Notes under the pieces: model-generated
Databases searched by the model: none
What the model saw: only the letters and a program-made list of their open reading frames with translations
What the model was told of the DNA's origin: nothing
Part shown: one piece after another, positions 61,303 to 64,000 of the stretch
Numbering within the stretch: position 1 is the stretch's first letter
How the letters are laid out: every line of letters begins with the position of its first letter
Source of the DNA: Malacoraja senta
Taxonomy: Eukaryota
Direction of reading: 5' to 3'
Assembly: GCA_038087875.1 (NCBI GenBank)
Contig: CM075980.1
Location: forward strand, 15,128,001 to 15,192,000
DNA length: 64,000 nucleotides
Position numbers and translations under genes: made by a program

Positions 61303-64000
61303 CCAGAGTCCATGCTCGAACAATATGTTGAAAGAGTCCATTGACTATTTTACACGATACAGTCCATCTCTGAGCATCAGAAACCATGCTGACTGCAACA
61401 CTCTGGTCTTTGTTTGACAATTAGTTTGCATTGTTTTCAACATTTGTTCTCCCGAGGGTACACACTGGAGTTAAAAATAAATGAGGTGGATAGATCGTGC
61501 TTTGAGCCAGTTTCGTCCAACCATTCACCTGTTGATCTTGTCTGTTTCTCTCGGTCTCACGGGCAGAGAAAACCAATCTCATTCCCAGAGACACCAGCTG
61601 TTGATGAAATGGACCATTGAAAAACGGGACGATAGTTGCAGTCTGTGTGGTTGGGACCTTACAGCATGACCCTCCCCTTTTCTAGGGTGAGATCGATAAA
61701 TGAGCCATGTCTGAATTCTGATAGGGTCACAGAGTAATTTATCAGTGTAGTTTTTTATTAAATACATGATCCGCATAAGAAATAATGTAAACCTTGTGTG
61801 CCAGTGATACATAAAGGGAGTGACATTTGTCTCATTAGTGTGCTGGGAACAGATCTCAGCGGATAAACAACATGTGCATCACACAAGCACTCATTTGAGG
61901 GCAAGAAAAGAAAGTTGTCACTACCGTGTAATTTTACCCTTGATCAAGTGAACACAAGGACACAGGGATCTTCAACCTAAAAAGTTTAATCGGCAATTAC
62001 GATGAGCTTTCAATGAACTTCTAGACTATTTGCAGCTTTCTGACTTGTGAAAGACTTGATCAAACACATCTTTTGGAGTCGGAGTGGGTCATTGATTCAC
62101 TTCAACCTGTTCATTCACTGATATCCTGGGTAATCCATCACCTCACTCTGTACCCCTTAATACCTTTGGTTAAAACAAAATTAGTCCATCGCAATTTTTT
62201 AATTCATATTTGATGTGGCATCATTTGTCATGTTCAAAAGAGTATTCTGAACTTGTATCAGGTTTTCTGTATCAAGGCATTTTCCACATTTACACCTGAA
62301 AGGCCTGGCTTTATATTTTAGTCTCTGCTCCCTGGCTTTGCATCCTCAGGACTTTCCTCTCAGTCCCTCCTAACATCATTGTAAATTTCAATCAAATTAG
62401 CCTTCAACCGTATACATTACAGGAAAAGCAACCAAGGGTGAAATAATTCTTCCTTGGAGTCCAAGTATCATTTTGGTAAAATATACTTGAGTCCAAAGGA
62501 GCTGAGCATTTTCTTCATCTATTAATGATGCAAGCTGTCTGTTGATGGATTTTAAAAAAATGAGTGTATAGAATGGGTCTTAATTTAAGCTTGTTCAAAG
62601 ATTTTTTTTAATCAATCAACTTTTTGGAACCAGCTGCAAAATTAAGCTTCTGCATTTAGCAAGCACTGCAGAATCACTGACAAAAATAAAATTTACCCTG
62701 GTACATCCATATTGTTCATAAATATTTTGCAACACCTTGAAAATGAGACGTGCTCTGTCCTTATTCTGCCAAGGTTTGTTACAGGTCACGGGCTTTATTT
62801 ATGTTTACAATTGTCTGTTGAAACCCTCCAGAAAAACTGTTGCTCCCAAGTAACACCAAGGCTGCATTTGAGGTACATTACGCTGTAAAGTTTCATGGGT
62901 TCTGGGACAGAGTGAGTTGGAGATGGTATCCTCGGGTGCGATGTATATGAAACATTCTCAACTACAGTGTCAATTTCAGTACATTTTTTTGGTTCCAATA
63001 TCTCACTACTGCGGCCGCAACCATTTTTGTATATTTACTTATGGGATCTTATCGGCAAAGCTGATATTTATTATCTAAACATCCCTGGTGACACTACAGG
63101 AAATGAGTTGGTTTCTTGAATCTCTATAATCCTGCAGTGGGAATTCCAGGATTTGAACTGAGTGACCACGAATAAATTAAAACATATTTCCAATTAATAC
63201 ATTTAATTTCCAATTAAATATGATTTAAAATATTTTATAAAATCTTCCCATTTCCTCATTAATGTATCTTACTCCATTTCTACTAAGCAGTCTCTAGATT
63301 ATTCAAATTTTAAACTATGTCAGTGTGATTGGTCTGTTTGGTTCTCCCACCTTAGATTTTTTAACCATACTGAAATGTTTGCTCACCGTTTAGTATTTTT
63401 TGGTTTTGGTGATCATTTAGGAATGAAAGATTAACATTGTTTTACTTTTTACAGATATGACCCACCTGTTTCTTCCATTATTTTTAGAGTAGATTTCAGG
63501 AGAGGATGCAACCAAGATGATTAACTTTTTACAGAGTTTATTTTCATAATATTTCTAAAGCGCGTGGTTGAGAGAACTGGGGACAAACTATTCCAAGTCT
63601 CGTATTAGGAAACTGCCACAACTTGCTTCTCATGACTGGGGTTCTGCAAAATAAGCTGGTCTAAAAATGAGATGACAAAGATGTGTGCAGAGCTATAAGA
63701 AATCAAGAGTTTTACAGTATAAATTGAAATAGAAATAAGAATATTCAGACCGAGGTTGAAAGTGTGAAGGCCAGGGGTGAGAAAAGAGGTTAGTAATCAG
63801 ATCTTCTGTTGTGGAAACTGAGCCTTTTTTTTAGGTTGAATATTATTTCCACACTTAATTCCTCCCGCTCAGCATGTTCCCTGTGTTAAGTATTCTATCG
63901 GTGATGTAATGACGGACTCCTGCTATGACAGCTGTTGTGCTGCTTAAACAAGGATGATGTCATAGGACAGATTTCTCAGGGAATGTGTATCCTCGCTTGC

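Noticed and set aside
61400-64000. Further gene downstream of TFIP11
   Set aside because: AT-rich sequence with only short ORFs and no recognisable coding exon.

Overview
Vertebrate genomic DNA with introns. The repeat landscape (tRNA-derived HE1-like SINEs, CR1 LINEs, Penelope-like elements) suggests a cartilaginous fish such as a skate or ray; this is an inference. I reconstructed three protein-coding genes exon by exon from splice sites and reading-frame continuity. (1) The 3' part of a divergent CLUH-family gene (clustered mitochondria homolog; Clu central domain plus TPR) on +, 92..32721. Six of its exons appear twice because a ~9.6 kb block (12932..22572 = 22773..32422) is duplicated across a 200-N gap, most likely a false assembly duplication. 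(2) SRRD (SRR1 domain, 7 exons, 296 aa) on -, 35314..39194, with one GC-AG intron. (3) TFIP11 (830 aa; 12 coding exons plus one non-coding exon) on +, CDS 41924..60945, head-to-head with SRRD on a shared CpG island. The most unusual items are: two 28-bp palindromic micro-insertions, each with an 8-bp target-site duplication; a short Penelope-derived repeat family carrying a minimal hammerhead-ribozyme motif; a 2.3 kb stop-poor 16-bp minisatellite in TFIP11 intron 1, open in frame with the TFIP11 ATG; a (CTAA)6 branch-point array at a weak TFIP11 acceptor; and a 2.7 kb hAT-like element with a 5-bp TSD and a long internal hairpin. Most entries in the ORF track are spurious, repeat-derived or exon read-throughs.
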